Assembly (NCBI GenBank): GCA_020720815.1
Contig: DYNY01000003.1
Span: 1,002-65,001, forward strand
Length of the DNA stretch: 64,000 nucleotides
Origin: Candidatus Elulimicrobium sp.
Lineage (GTDB): Bacteria; Patescibacteriota; Minisyncoccia; Phycocordibacterales; UBA918
Direction of reading: 5' to 3'
Position 1 is the stretch's first letter; each line of letters begins with the position of its first letter. Below, piece by piece: positions 56,322-64,000 of the stretch. The notes beneath the pieces were generated by a model. The model was not told the origin of the DNA. It searched no databases and saw only the letters and a program-made list of their open reading frames with translations. Both the position numbers and the translations under genes were made by a program.

Positions 56322-59102
56322 ATGTCACACAATATTACGACCAAAGGCAACAGGAACCAAGGCCAACAAACAGTTGGCCTGACTAAGTTGATTATAATGA
56401 GCAGTCTGGCACTGCTCATTTCCTTTTCACCAGAGACGGCTTTGGCTTGTGGGAATATCATCTCTTGGGATGGTGAAAGTGAGGTGATAGAACCGATTGT
56501 AGATTGCGCTGACCCTTTTAAGGTTACAAATGATCCGCCTTCTCCCTATTCTCTTAGAATAAACGGCACGGTCGTGGCCGATGGCGGTTCGGTGGCCGTG
56601 TCTGAGGTCAAGACAAGTGATATTTTAGTAGAAGGAGAACCATACTTAAATCAGCAAGATTTTTATCTCTATCGTTACGAGGCGGGTAATTATCAGTATG
56701 TACGACAAGAGGCGCCAGTACCGACCTTGAATGATTATCGTGAATTTGCAGTTGGTTATTTCACACTCGCATCTGAAGTGGACTTTTATATAAATATTTT
56801 AAGAGAGGCACAAGAAACGGGGAATACTGATCAGTACTTTTATGACGAATATTTTGTTGAGCTAATAGATGAACAGACAGGAGAGACAATTTATAGTCGT
56901 TATAACAACTTTGTCGCGGCGGCCGATTCATATTTATATTCACTGGTACCGACAATTGGGGTAGGTACTTATACCATGGTGATTGAAGATTCTGAATTGA
57001 TATTTAGTAAGCGGTCAATCTTGCAATACTTTAAAGACCTTATTTTACCAACCACTTTTGCTCAAACTTTTCGTGGTCCCTATATCTATACAATAACTTT
57101 TACCCTGACAGAGCCAATTGAAGAACCACCAACTGGCGCTTCCAGTGTCCTATTTTTACCGGGGATTATGGGTTCAAGACTTTATGAAGATGGGAATTTT
57201 TGTGATAAAGGAGAGGCCCAGTACCAGCTATGGTTCTCGTCTAATGAATGTTATCAGATGCGCCTAACAACAAAGTTTACCGGCCAAAGTAATAATCCTA
57301 TTTATACCAAGCCAGGAGCCGCGGGTATTCTTGATGAAACATTTGGCCTAAACATTTACAAATCATTTATTTCTGATTTAAAAGATTGGAAAGACGAAGA
57401 TATTATTGATGATTACACTGTTGTACCCTATGACTGGCGAGCTGAGTTAGATAATGTACTAAAATCAGGTACCAGGGACGAGACAGGTAACATCTTTGCT
57501 GGGGAAAAGACAACTATCTATGAAGGTAACTTGTATAACCTTATTAAGGAGTTAGCAGACAACTCAAAAAATGGGAAGGTCACGGTTGTGGCTCACTCCA
57601 ATGGTGGTTTAGTCATTAAGCAACTGATAAGTAACCTAAAAAATACTAATGACCCGCTTTTGGATGTAATAGATAATGTAATTTTAGTCGCCGTGCCCCA
57701 ACTGGGGGCACCAAACGCCGCTATTGGCATTCTCCACGGGGAAGATTTGGACCCAGTGATGTCCCAGGCGGTCACTCGTAAACTGATGAACACCATGCCA
57801 TTCTCACACCACTTACTTCCGGTGACTGGTTATTTTGACACGGTGGATACCCCAGTTATTGCGATTGAGCCTGGTGAAGCGACGGATTTGTGGATTAATA
57901 CTTATGGTGGAAGTATTTCTACTCAAGATGACCTACAGAATTTTTTGAGTTTTGACAGTGGAAGAGATAAACCAGAGTTTAATGATCTGGAAAAACCAGA
58001 CGTGGTAGATATTTATTTACTTAACTACGCCAAAACAACAGAAGTGGTTCAAGGTAACTTTGTCCCAACAGCCGGGATGAAAGTGTATCAAATCGCTGGA
58101 GTCGGTTTAGAGACACCGACCAGCCTGGTCTATTTCTCAGATAAAGAGTGCACAAAAAGAAGTTTCTTTTTGTGCACCGAATACAGTCCTAAAATAAGCT
58201 ATCGGGTAGAGATGACAATTGATGGTGATGATACCGTTCCGGTTCCTAGTGCACTGGCTTTGGCAGAAGACTTGAAAGTGAACAGGATGTGGTTAGATTT
58301 TCTTACTTATAATAATGAGTCATTTATAAATCGCCAGCATAAAGATTTTTTCGAAGTGCCAGACGTTAGTAATTTTGTGTCAAATATAATCCAAGCCACT
58401 AATACTAAAACCTACGACTATCTGTCAGATTCTGTGCCAGAGTTAGATGAGGGAGAAAGATTAGTTTTTCAGCTACATTCACCATTAGATATGCTGATAG
58501 AAAGTAGTGATGGAAAGACAGTGAGTAGTTCGACCAATGAGATAGAAGGTTCAGTTTATCGAAGATTTGGCGAATTGCAGTACATTTCTATCCCCGCTGA
58601 TGAAAATGCGACGTTAGTCTTAAACGGTCTGGCCGAAGGTTCCTTCACTCTAGATATAGAGGAGGTGGCTGGGGAAGAAAGGACGCGTCATACATATAGC
58701 GCTATTCCGTCTAGCACTAGTACTCAAGTGACATTAGAAATTGATAGTAGTATCGTGATAGAAAATTCTATTTTGGAAATTGACTACGACGGAGATGGGG
58801 AGGAAGACGTTTTATATAATACTTCTGGTGTAGTAAAAGAAGAAGTCACCTATAAAGATTTATATGAAACTATTAATAACCTAGGACTGAAGAGAGCTCC
58901 TAGGATGGTTCTGCTTGAATTAGCAAAAATAGCCGAAAAGTTTCACGACAAAGCAGTCAAGAATAAAAGATATCTTAAGTTAGAAAAAGTGAGCCTGGGT
59001 TTGTTGGTGAAGCAAGTTATTCTATTTGAGAGAATTAAGTTAATCAGTCTGGATCAAAGAAGAGAGGTTGAAGGTGTTATTACTAAGTTATTAAATAAAT
59101 AG
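56322..59102 (+). CDS. Secreted alpha/beta-hydrolase, LCAT/PGAP1-like lipase/esterase, with a large C-terminal beta-rich extension
   Basis: …LFLPGIMGSRLYEDGN…, VTVVAHSNGGLV nucleophile elbow, and a candidate signal peptide from the internal start MSSLALLISFSPETALA at 56397. Confidence 0.55.
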   Translation: MSHNITTKGNRNQGQQTVGLTKLIIMSSLALLISFSPETALACGNIISWDGESEVIEPIVDCADPFKVTNDPPSPYSLRINGTVVADGGSVAVSEVKTSDILVEGEPYLNQQDFYLYRYEAGNYQYVRQEAPVPTLNDYREFAVGYFTLASEVDFYINILREAQETGNTDQYFYDEYFVELIDEQTGETIYSRYNNFVAAADSYLYSLVPTIGVGTYTMVIEDSELIFSKRSILQYFKDLILPTTFAQTFRGPYIYTITFTLTEPIEEPPTGASSVLFLPGIMGSRLYEDGNFCDKGEAQYQLWFSSNECYQMRLTTKFTGQSNNPIYTKPGAAGILDETFGLNIYKSFISDLKDWKDEDIIDDYTVVPYDWRAELDNVLKSGTRDETGNIFAGEKTTIYEGNLYNLIKELADNSKNGKVTVVAHSNGGLVIKQLISNLKNTNDPLLDVIDNVILVAVPQLGAPNAAIGILHGEDLDPVMSQAVTRKLMNTMPFSHHLLPVTGYFDTVDTPVIAIEPGEATDLWINTYGGSISTQDDLQNFLSFDSGRDKPEFNDLEKPDVVDIYLLNYAKTTEVVQGNFVPTAGMKVYQIAGVGLETPTSLVYFSDKECTKRSFFLCTEYSPKISYRVEMTIDGDDTVPVPSALALAEDLKVNRMWLDFLTYNNESFINRQHKDFFEVPDVSNFVSNIIQATNTKTYDYLSDSVPELDEGERLVFQLHSPLDMLIESSDGKTVSSSTNEIEGSVYRRFGELQYISIPADENATLVLNGLAEGSFTLDIEEVAGEERTRHTYSAIPSSTSTQVTLEIDSSIVIENSILEIDYDGDGEEDVLYNTSGVVKEEVTYKDLYETINNLGLKRAPRMVLLELAKIAEKFHDKAVKNKRYLKLEKVSLGLLVKQVILFERIKLISLDQRREVEGVITKLLNK

Positions 59103-59104
59103 GT

Positions 59105-59500
59105 ATGAATTTAAAAAAAGTAATTTTGTTACCATCATTAGTAGGGACTTTGTTGCTATACTTTCTATTTAATACTCGTGAATTAGGTTTGTGTAACATA
59201 TACTGCGGTTCTGGAATTAATAATTATCAAGATATCTTTATTTTCTTCCCAGTCATTCTCTTTTTCTCTTTGGTTACCTATAAGCTCAAACCCGAAGTAT
59301 TTATTGCTTGGTGGAGATTTGCTCGATTAGCTATACCAGCTGTCTTTGTTGGTTTATTTATCATTAGCTTAGAATTGCATCATAACCCGGGAGGTTGGTT
59401 TAATTTTGATGAAGCAAAAGACATGTTTATGTATTTTGTTATCTATGGAATTTTCGTCATAGGATCTTTCATCCAAATCTACCGGGGGTATAAAAAATAA
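59105..59500 (+). CDS. Hypothetical small membrane protein
   Basis: Four TM helices. Starts 3 nt after the preceding stop. Confidence 0.4.
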   Translation: MNLKKVILLPSLVGTLLLYFLFNTRELGLCNIYCGSGINNYQDIFIFFPVILFFSLVTYKLKPEVFIAWWRFARLAIPAVFVGLFIISLELHHNPGGWFNFDEAKDMFMYFVIYGIFVIGSFIQIYRGYKK

Positions 59501-59637
59501 ATGATGGGGATGTTATACTACTGGCGTGCATGTTCAACAAAACCTTTTATAAGTTTCTGATGAATTTTGTCGCGGTGGTGGCGGCTGTCCTATTTTTTAT
59601 TTTGATAGTGGGGCTCGGGGTGGGGAGTTAATAACGT

Positions 59638-60099
59638 ATGATAAAGATAACGGATCAATATTTTTGGAATTTTGTTTTTCTATCCTTCTTTGGGTTTCTT
59701 TTAATCATGGCCACGATTATCCTTGATACCGAAAGCCGAATTCCGCTCTCTGAATTATCTAAATTTGATCTCGCTGTTATAATTTTGGCGTCGTGGCGAC
59801 TAACCCGACTATTTACTTCCGATATTACTACCAAATTTTTCCGTGAACAATTCTATGACCTGAAGAAAACCGCTCGCACTATTACCTTAGAAAAACCCCC
59901 AACCGGACCAAGACGCACCATCCTTGACATCATTCTTTCTCCGTGGAGCTTTGGGATTGGGATGACGGCCCTCGTTACTTTTTGTTACTTGATTTCTGCC
60001 TATACAGTCTACGTATTATTACTCTTGGCTTTGTCCGGCTTGGTGGCCCTCCTTGAGGTGTGTACACAATATTTGACGGCCAAAGGGAAGGAGGAGTAG
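59638..60099 (+). CDS. Small polytopic membrane protein (DUF1360-like, tentative)
   Basis: …LSKFDLAVIILASWRLTRLFTSDITTKFFRE… motif and three TM helices. Confidence 0.35.
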   Translation: MIKITDQYFWNFVFLSFFGFLLIMATIILDTESRIPLSELSKFDLAVIILASWRLTRLFTSDITTKFFREQFYDLKKTARTITLEKPPTGPRRTILDIILSPWSFGIGMTALVTFCYLISAYTVYVLLLLALSGLVALLEVCTQYLTAKGKEE

Positions 60100-60110
60100 G
60101 CTTCTAGGAT

Positions 60111-60506
60111 ATGAAAATATCCGAAAATTGTCACGAGATGTTACTAAATGCCGAAGGTAAAGCTTTAGCTACGTATAGTCAAGAGACTGGCGTGCACGTC
60201 GTGCCGATTTCTAGTATTAAGGTGGATGGAGATAATATTATTTTGGTCAACTATTTTTTTGGTGCTACCCTACGCAATATTAATAATGACCCACATGTCG
60301 CTTTAGCTGCATGGATTGGACTTAAAGGGTATCAAATAAAAGCGACGGCCATAGAAGAGAAGGAAGGGGAACGATTTGAAGCGGTCGTGAAATGGATTGC
60401 GGAAACTATTCCTGGTTGGGTGGTAAAAAGTATTTTGGTTTTGACCCCAACGCGAATATTTGATGTGAGCGCTGGAGCCGAGGCAGGGAAGGAAGTGTTT
60501 GAGTAA
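60111..60506 (+). CDS. Pyridoxamine 5'-phosphate oxidase-like FMN-binding split-barrel protein
   Basis: …LATYSQETGVHVVPISSIKVDGDNIILVNYFFGATLRNINNDPHVALAAW…. Confidence 0.6.
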   Translation: MKISENCHEMLLNAEGKALATYSQETGVHVVPISSIKVDGDNIILVNYFFGATLRNINNDPHVALAAWIGLKGYQIKATAIEEKEGERFEAVVKWIAETIPGWVVKSILVLTPTRIFDVSAGAEAGKEVFE

Positions 60507-60517
60507 GTGTCCAAGGT

Positions 60518-60555
60518 AAAAGCCGGTCGAGGCGTCTGCCTCGACCGGCTTTTAT
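60518..60555. terminator. Hairpin terminator
   Basis: aaaagccggtcgaggcgtctgcctcgaccggctttta. Confidence 0.7.
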
Positions 60556-60575
60556 AGCATTTGGTCAATTTTTTG

Positions 60576-60646
60576 TCGGGCTAGGCGGAATCGAACCACC
60601 ACCACACACACCCCATGCGTGCACACTACCACTATGCTATAGCCCG
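60576..60646 (-). tRNA. tRNA-Pro (anticodon GGG, tentative)
   Basis: Manual fold. Acceptor CGGGCTA/TAGCCCG, D-arm with a GG loop, anticodon stem CACGC/GTGTG with loop ATGGGGT, T-arm GGTGG-TTCGATT-CCGCC, discriminator A. The D-stem is weak at 3 bp. Confidence 0.6.
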
Positions 60647-60954
60647 AAATCAGTCTAGAAGACTGATTTAGTTGAGTACAATACAGTACTCAAATATTAT
60701 GTTATTCGAAAACAATCTACACACTGAAACCTTATTCGGAAAATCGATTATACAGCCTATTTACATTACATTCCAATCTGGTATAGTGCAAAGCGACAGG
60801 CTCATGACAGCTGGTCGCACGAAAGTGCGGTAATGACTATAAAATAGTCGCCCGCCGAGGTCCAATCTCTTATGTATTGGGGTCGAAGCCTATGACACAA
60901 CATTTTGTTGTGTCCGTGGCCTGTATTTATTAGCACTTTTACACTATAGACATC

Positions 60955-61437
60955 ATGGCCATTAATAAAGCCAAGAAGCAAGACATTCTCGTTAAACTGG
61001 AAACTGTTCGCGAGAGTGCAGATTCAATTGTGTTTGTGCACTACAAGGGTCTTTCCGTAGCCAACACGACTGCTATGCGTAAGGAATTACGTGAGAAGGG
61101 AGTAGGTTACTTTGTTGCCAAGAAGACCCTTATGGAACGAGCATTTGGTTCTACCTTTACCGGTACAATGCCAACTCTCGATGGTGAAATTGCTATCGCT
61201 TATAGTGAAGATGCAATTGCTCCAGCTCAGAACATCAAAGAATTCAGTACCAAATTCAAGGATAATATATCTATCGTTGGAGGAGTGTTCCAAGGAGTAT
61301 TCAAGAATCAGGATGAGATGACAGCTATCGCTTCAATCCCACCACTACAGACTCTGCGAGGTATGTTTGCTCAACTTCTAAATTCACCACGACAGCGTTT
61401 TGCGGTGGTACTTAGCGCAGTTGCTGAGACTAAGTAG
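60955..61437 (+). CDS. rplJ: 50S ribosomal protein L10
   Basis: MAINKAKKQDILVKLETVRESADSIVFVHYKGLSVANTTAMRKELREKGVGYFVAKKTLM…. Confidence 0.9.
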   Translation: MAINKAKKQDILVKLETVRESADSIVFVHYKGLSVANTTAMRKELREKGVGYFVAKKTLMERAFGSTFTGTMPTLDGEIAIAYSEDAIAPAQNIKEFSTKFKDNISIVGGVFQGVFKNQDEMTAIASIPPLQTLRGMFAQLLNSPRQRFAVVLSAVAETK

Positions 61438-61488
61438 AAATTGCAGGACGTCTCCAACATTTCCATTATCTAAATTTAATTAATCAAC

Positions 61489-61848
61489 ATGACACACGAA
61501 CAAATTATCGAAGCGGTTGAGAAGATGACTGTACTTGAGCTAAACGACTTAGTAAAGACGATTGAGGAAAAGTGGGGAGTTTCTGCTACAGCCGTAGCAG
61601 TAGCTGGTCCAGTGGCTGCTGGCGCTGCTGAAGAGCAATCAGAATTCACTGTAGAGCTTACCGAAGCTGGTGCTCAGAAGATTGCTGTTATCAAGGTAGT
61701 TAAGGAAGTACTTGGTCTAGGACTTAAGGAAGCTAAGGATCTCGTTGATGCTGCCCCCTCAGTTGTTAAGGAAGGTATGAAGAAGGAAGACGCTGAAACC
61801 CTAAAGGCCAAGCTTGAAGAAGCTGGAGCAAAAATAACATTGAAATAA
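61489..61848 (+). CDS. rplL: 50S ribosomal protein L7/L12
   Basis: …[28 protein letters not shown]…[42 protein letters not shown]…. Confidence 0.95.
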   Translation: MTHEQIIEAVEKMTVLELNDLVKTIEEKWGVSATAVAVAGPVAAGAAEEQSEFTVELTEAGAQKIAVIKVVKEVLGLGLKEAKDLVDAAPSVVKEGMKKEDAETLKAKLEEAGAKITLK

Positions 61849-61866
61849 TACAAAGTAATTTTAAAC

Positions 61867-61900
61867 AAACCGGCAACAACTTTAGTGTTGCCGGTTTTGT
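61867..61900 (+). terminator. Rho-independent terminator after rplL
   Basis: aaaccggcaacaactttagtgttgccggttttgtgttg. Confidence 0.7.
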
Positions 61901-61954
61901 GTTGTATAAAAAAGCAACTGCCCTGCTAGGGCAGGGCAGTAAGGCGTAACTAGT

Positions 61955-62176
61955 TCAAGTCTCATCGGCCGTCATGGTGTACCAGACGTCGTCTGGAGGT
62001 ATCCGGGCTTGCACCCGACCTTCCCCGATGACTGTAGGTCCACCATCTTCTCCAAGTGAGGTCACCCCTGGAAGTGAAAAGCTACCATGTTCCGGTGATC
62101 TGGTCACATACTTGGGAGTGTCTCCGACACACTTGTGTGTCGGGGAATTAACTATTTCTTTCCTCTTTATTGGCAT
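61955..62176 (-). CDS. Hypothetical small protein in a GC-enriched patch
   Basis: 73-aa ORF downstream of the response-regulator gene on the same strand. No family recognised. Confidence 0.2.
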   Translation of the reverse strand: MPIKRKEIVNSPTHKCVGDTPKYVTRSPEHGSFSLPGVTSLGEDGGPTVIGEGRVQARIPPDDVWYTMTADET

Positions 62177-62358
62177 TCTGTTCTCCTGATCCCATCAATT
62201 TAATCGGTTGATGATTTACCGTGTACTAACAGCCTATAATATATAACCTTTTTTGCTAAAATAAAAACCACTTATTCTTTTTTGCTATCAAATCATGGTA
62301 AAAAGCAAATCCTGCGAATGGGGATTCGCAGGATGGGTTGGGGTGTACTGGTGTCAGT

Positions 62359-62733
62359 TTAGGAAGGCATCGCCTGTTTGATTGCTTGGGCGATGTCGAC
62401 GCTGGTGAAAGGCTTCGTGATGAAACCCGCTACTGTAAGTTCACTGGCTTCTAGCTTGGTCTTTTCGTCATTCAAGCTTGTAACCATGAAGACAGGAAAT
62501 GACCAGCGTCCAAGACCGGTACGGATCTCCCTCAACAATTCTAGACCAGTCATCTCTGGCATTTCGACGTCGGTGAAGACTGCTTGAAAGTCTTGCTCAT
62601 GCAAAAGAAGCAGTGCTTCGTGGCCATTGTTGACCATGCTTACTTCATACCCGAGTTTGTACAGGACTTGGTAAAGAATTATTCGGCATACCTCATCGTC
62701 ATCGACGATGAGAACTCTAGATAGTGGTTCCAT
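62359..62733 (-). CDS. Single-domain response regulator (CheY-like receiver)
   Basis: …RVLIVDDDEVCRIILYQVL…AVFTDVEMPEMTGLELLREIR…FMVTSLNDEKTKL…AGFITKPF. Phospho-acceptor Asp in TDVEMP. Confidence 0.8.
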   Translation of the reverse strand: MEPLSRVLIVDDDEVCRIILYQVLYKLGYEVSMVNNGHEALLLLHEQDFQAVFTDVEMPEMTGLELLREIRTGLGRWSFPVFMVTSLNDEKTKLEASELTVAGFITKPFTSVDIAQAIKQAMPS

Positions 62734-62911
62734 TGTGTAGTCTCCTGGTGGTTGGGTGGTGAAGAACTATGTTTCCTATTTAACTTACATTAAGCAACGA
62801 AAATGTCAATCTGTATAGGCAAATAAAATCAAAGTTTACTTTACGACACACCCCGTTTTTCTGTCCAGATTTGTGGATAAGTGGATTATGTTATACTCAG
62901 CGAAATTCAGT

Positions 62912-63547
62912 ATGTCAGACCCGCTTTCGATTCTTTTTGGTAGTACGGCTCGTGTTAAACTCCTGCGGTTTTTTCTATTTAATCCCTCTAAAGAATTTAC
63001 CTTTGATGAAATAAGTAAGCGGGCAAGGTTGGTTCGTCGCACTGCTCGCACTGAAATTTCTGCTCTGGAAAAGGCAGAGGTAATAGTGAAGAGAACAGTC
63101 TATGTTGATCAGCCAGGCAAAGATAAGAAACTAAAAGCACTGGGCTTTGCGGTAAATAAAAAGTTTCCCGAGCTACAAGCCTTGCAAACATTTCTGTTTG
63201 AAACAGCTCCGATTGATGGCAAGAATCTACTTAGTCATTTGCGTAAAGCGGGGACGATTGATTTCTTGGTGGTGGCTGGAGTGTTTGTGCGCGAGTTTGA
63301 ACAACAACTTGATGTCTTGATTGCGATGAAGAAAGTCTCGCAAGCAAAAATTGAAAGTGCTATACGATCGCTCGAAGCTGAGATTGGAATTGAGATTCGT
63401 TTTGCAGTGATGACTTCTGATGATCTCTTATACCGAGTAGGGATGAATGATAAGCTAGCGCGTGATTTATTTGATTACAAGCATCAAATACTAGTAGATA
63501 AAATTGGTGTACGGGATGAACGGCACAATGGTTCGTATCCGGGGTAG
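62912..63547 (+). CDS. Hypothetical protein with an N-terminal winged-HTH-like region
   Basis: …STARVKLLRFFLFNPSKEFTFDEISKRARLVRRTARTEISALEKAEVI…. The start is taken at the internal MSDPLSIL. Confidence 0.3.
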   Translation: MSDPLSILFGSTARVKLLRFFLFNPSKEFTFDEISKRARLVRRTARTEISALEKAEVIVKRTVYVDQPGKDKKLKALGFAVNKKFPELQALQTFLFETAPIDGKNLLSHLRKAGTIDFLVVAGVFVREFEQQLDVLIAMKKVSQAKIESAIRSLEAEIGIEIRFAVMTSDDLLYRVGMNDKLARDLFDYKHQILVDKIGVRDERHNGSYPG

Positions 63548-63747
63548 TTAAGACAGCTATATACAGAAGCGTTTTATTATGTACTCTAAAGTTAATAAAT
63601 GCTTATAAATTAATACTAATTGGCTTAGGTAAACACTATTGTTTACCTGGGTATAAACCTGTGGATAGAACTGTAGACAAAAGGACTAGTTTGACCACAG
63701 TAAATACTTGACTTTATTTTTTGATTGTATACAATGGCGCCTACGTA

Positions 63748-63835
63748 TTTATGAGATTTGGAAATCAAGCAAGCTAACCCGGTAAGAACTTCGCTTTGCG
63801 AGTTTCCTGCCGCGGTAACGCGGTCTTTTTTATCC
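63748..63835 (+). ncRNA. Candidate small RNA or riboswitch-like leader, unassigned
   Basis: Promoter-like ttgact-17-tataca at ~63709-63737, then ~90 nt of ORF-free sequence ending in the terminator gccgcggtaacgcggtctttttt. Confidence 0.2.
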
Positions 63836-64000
63836 AGAAATCAAGGGGGTACGCGATCATCGACAGATCCCACGATTAAGCGAAAAGCATTTTAAGTTTA
63901 CTTGAAATGACAAGTACTTTAGTCACACGTGGGAGTTGTATGGTAAAACATACAATCGCATATTCTAGGGGTCAGATTTGATAAGGTCTGACCCTGAAAA

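Overview
This 64 kb window is AT-rich (roughly 40% GC) and gene-dense. It is dominated by housekeeping genes whose organisation and content are consistent with a small-genome Patescibacteria/CPR-like bacterium. That taxonomic assignment is inference, not a database result.

Genes I recognise from the translations: Hsp20; two methionine-sulfoxide reductase loci (a secreted DM13-MsrA-MsrB fusion plus a cytoplasmic msrB-msrA pair) flanking an XRE/DUF2178 module; tRNA-His; YibE/F; MscL; class I ribonucleotide reductase in the order nrdB (carrying an N-terminal ATP-cone) then nrdA; secE-nusG-rplK; a thymidylate-cycle cluster (folA, a CYTH protein, dcd, thyA, glyA); ArgRS, IleRS, GlyRS and MetRS; RecO; TatD; rpsF-ssb-rpsR; EF-P; an ECF sigma factor; RecA; FtsK; tRNA-Pro; rplJ-rplL.

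Most unusual observations:
1. An IleRS with a complete PGAM-type histidine-phosphatase domain inserted in-frame inside the synthetase core.
2. A SET-domain gene whose C-terminal ~345 codons sit in a ~1 kb block of >60% GC with high GC3, an abrupt compositional chimera inside a single ORF.
3. A palindromic motif TGTAAAG-N4-CTTTACA repeated three times around the XRE/DUF2178/msr locus, a candidate operator.
4. rplK separated by ~43 kb from rplJL, with no rplA anywhere in the window. rplK is preceded by an unusual GC-rich hairpin with a G-rich loop and followed by a 98-bp tandem repeat that includes the rplK stop.
5. A small accessory region at 49.5-56.3 kb with a REP-associated tyrosine transposase, Phd/RelE, a truncated BrnA-like remnant, iteron-like repeats and a 0.9 kb ORF-free stretch.
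6. Several ORF-free stretches bounded by promoters and terminators that are candidate ncRNAs.

No CRISPR array was found.
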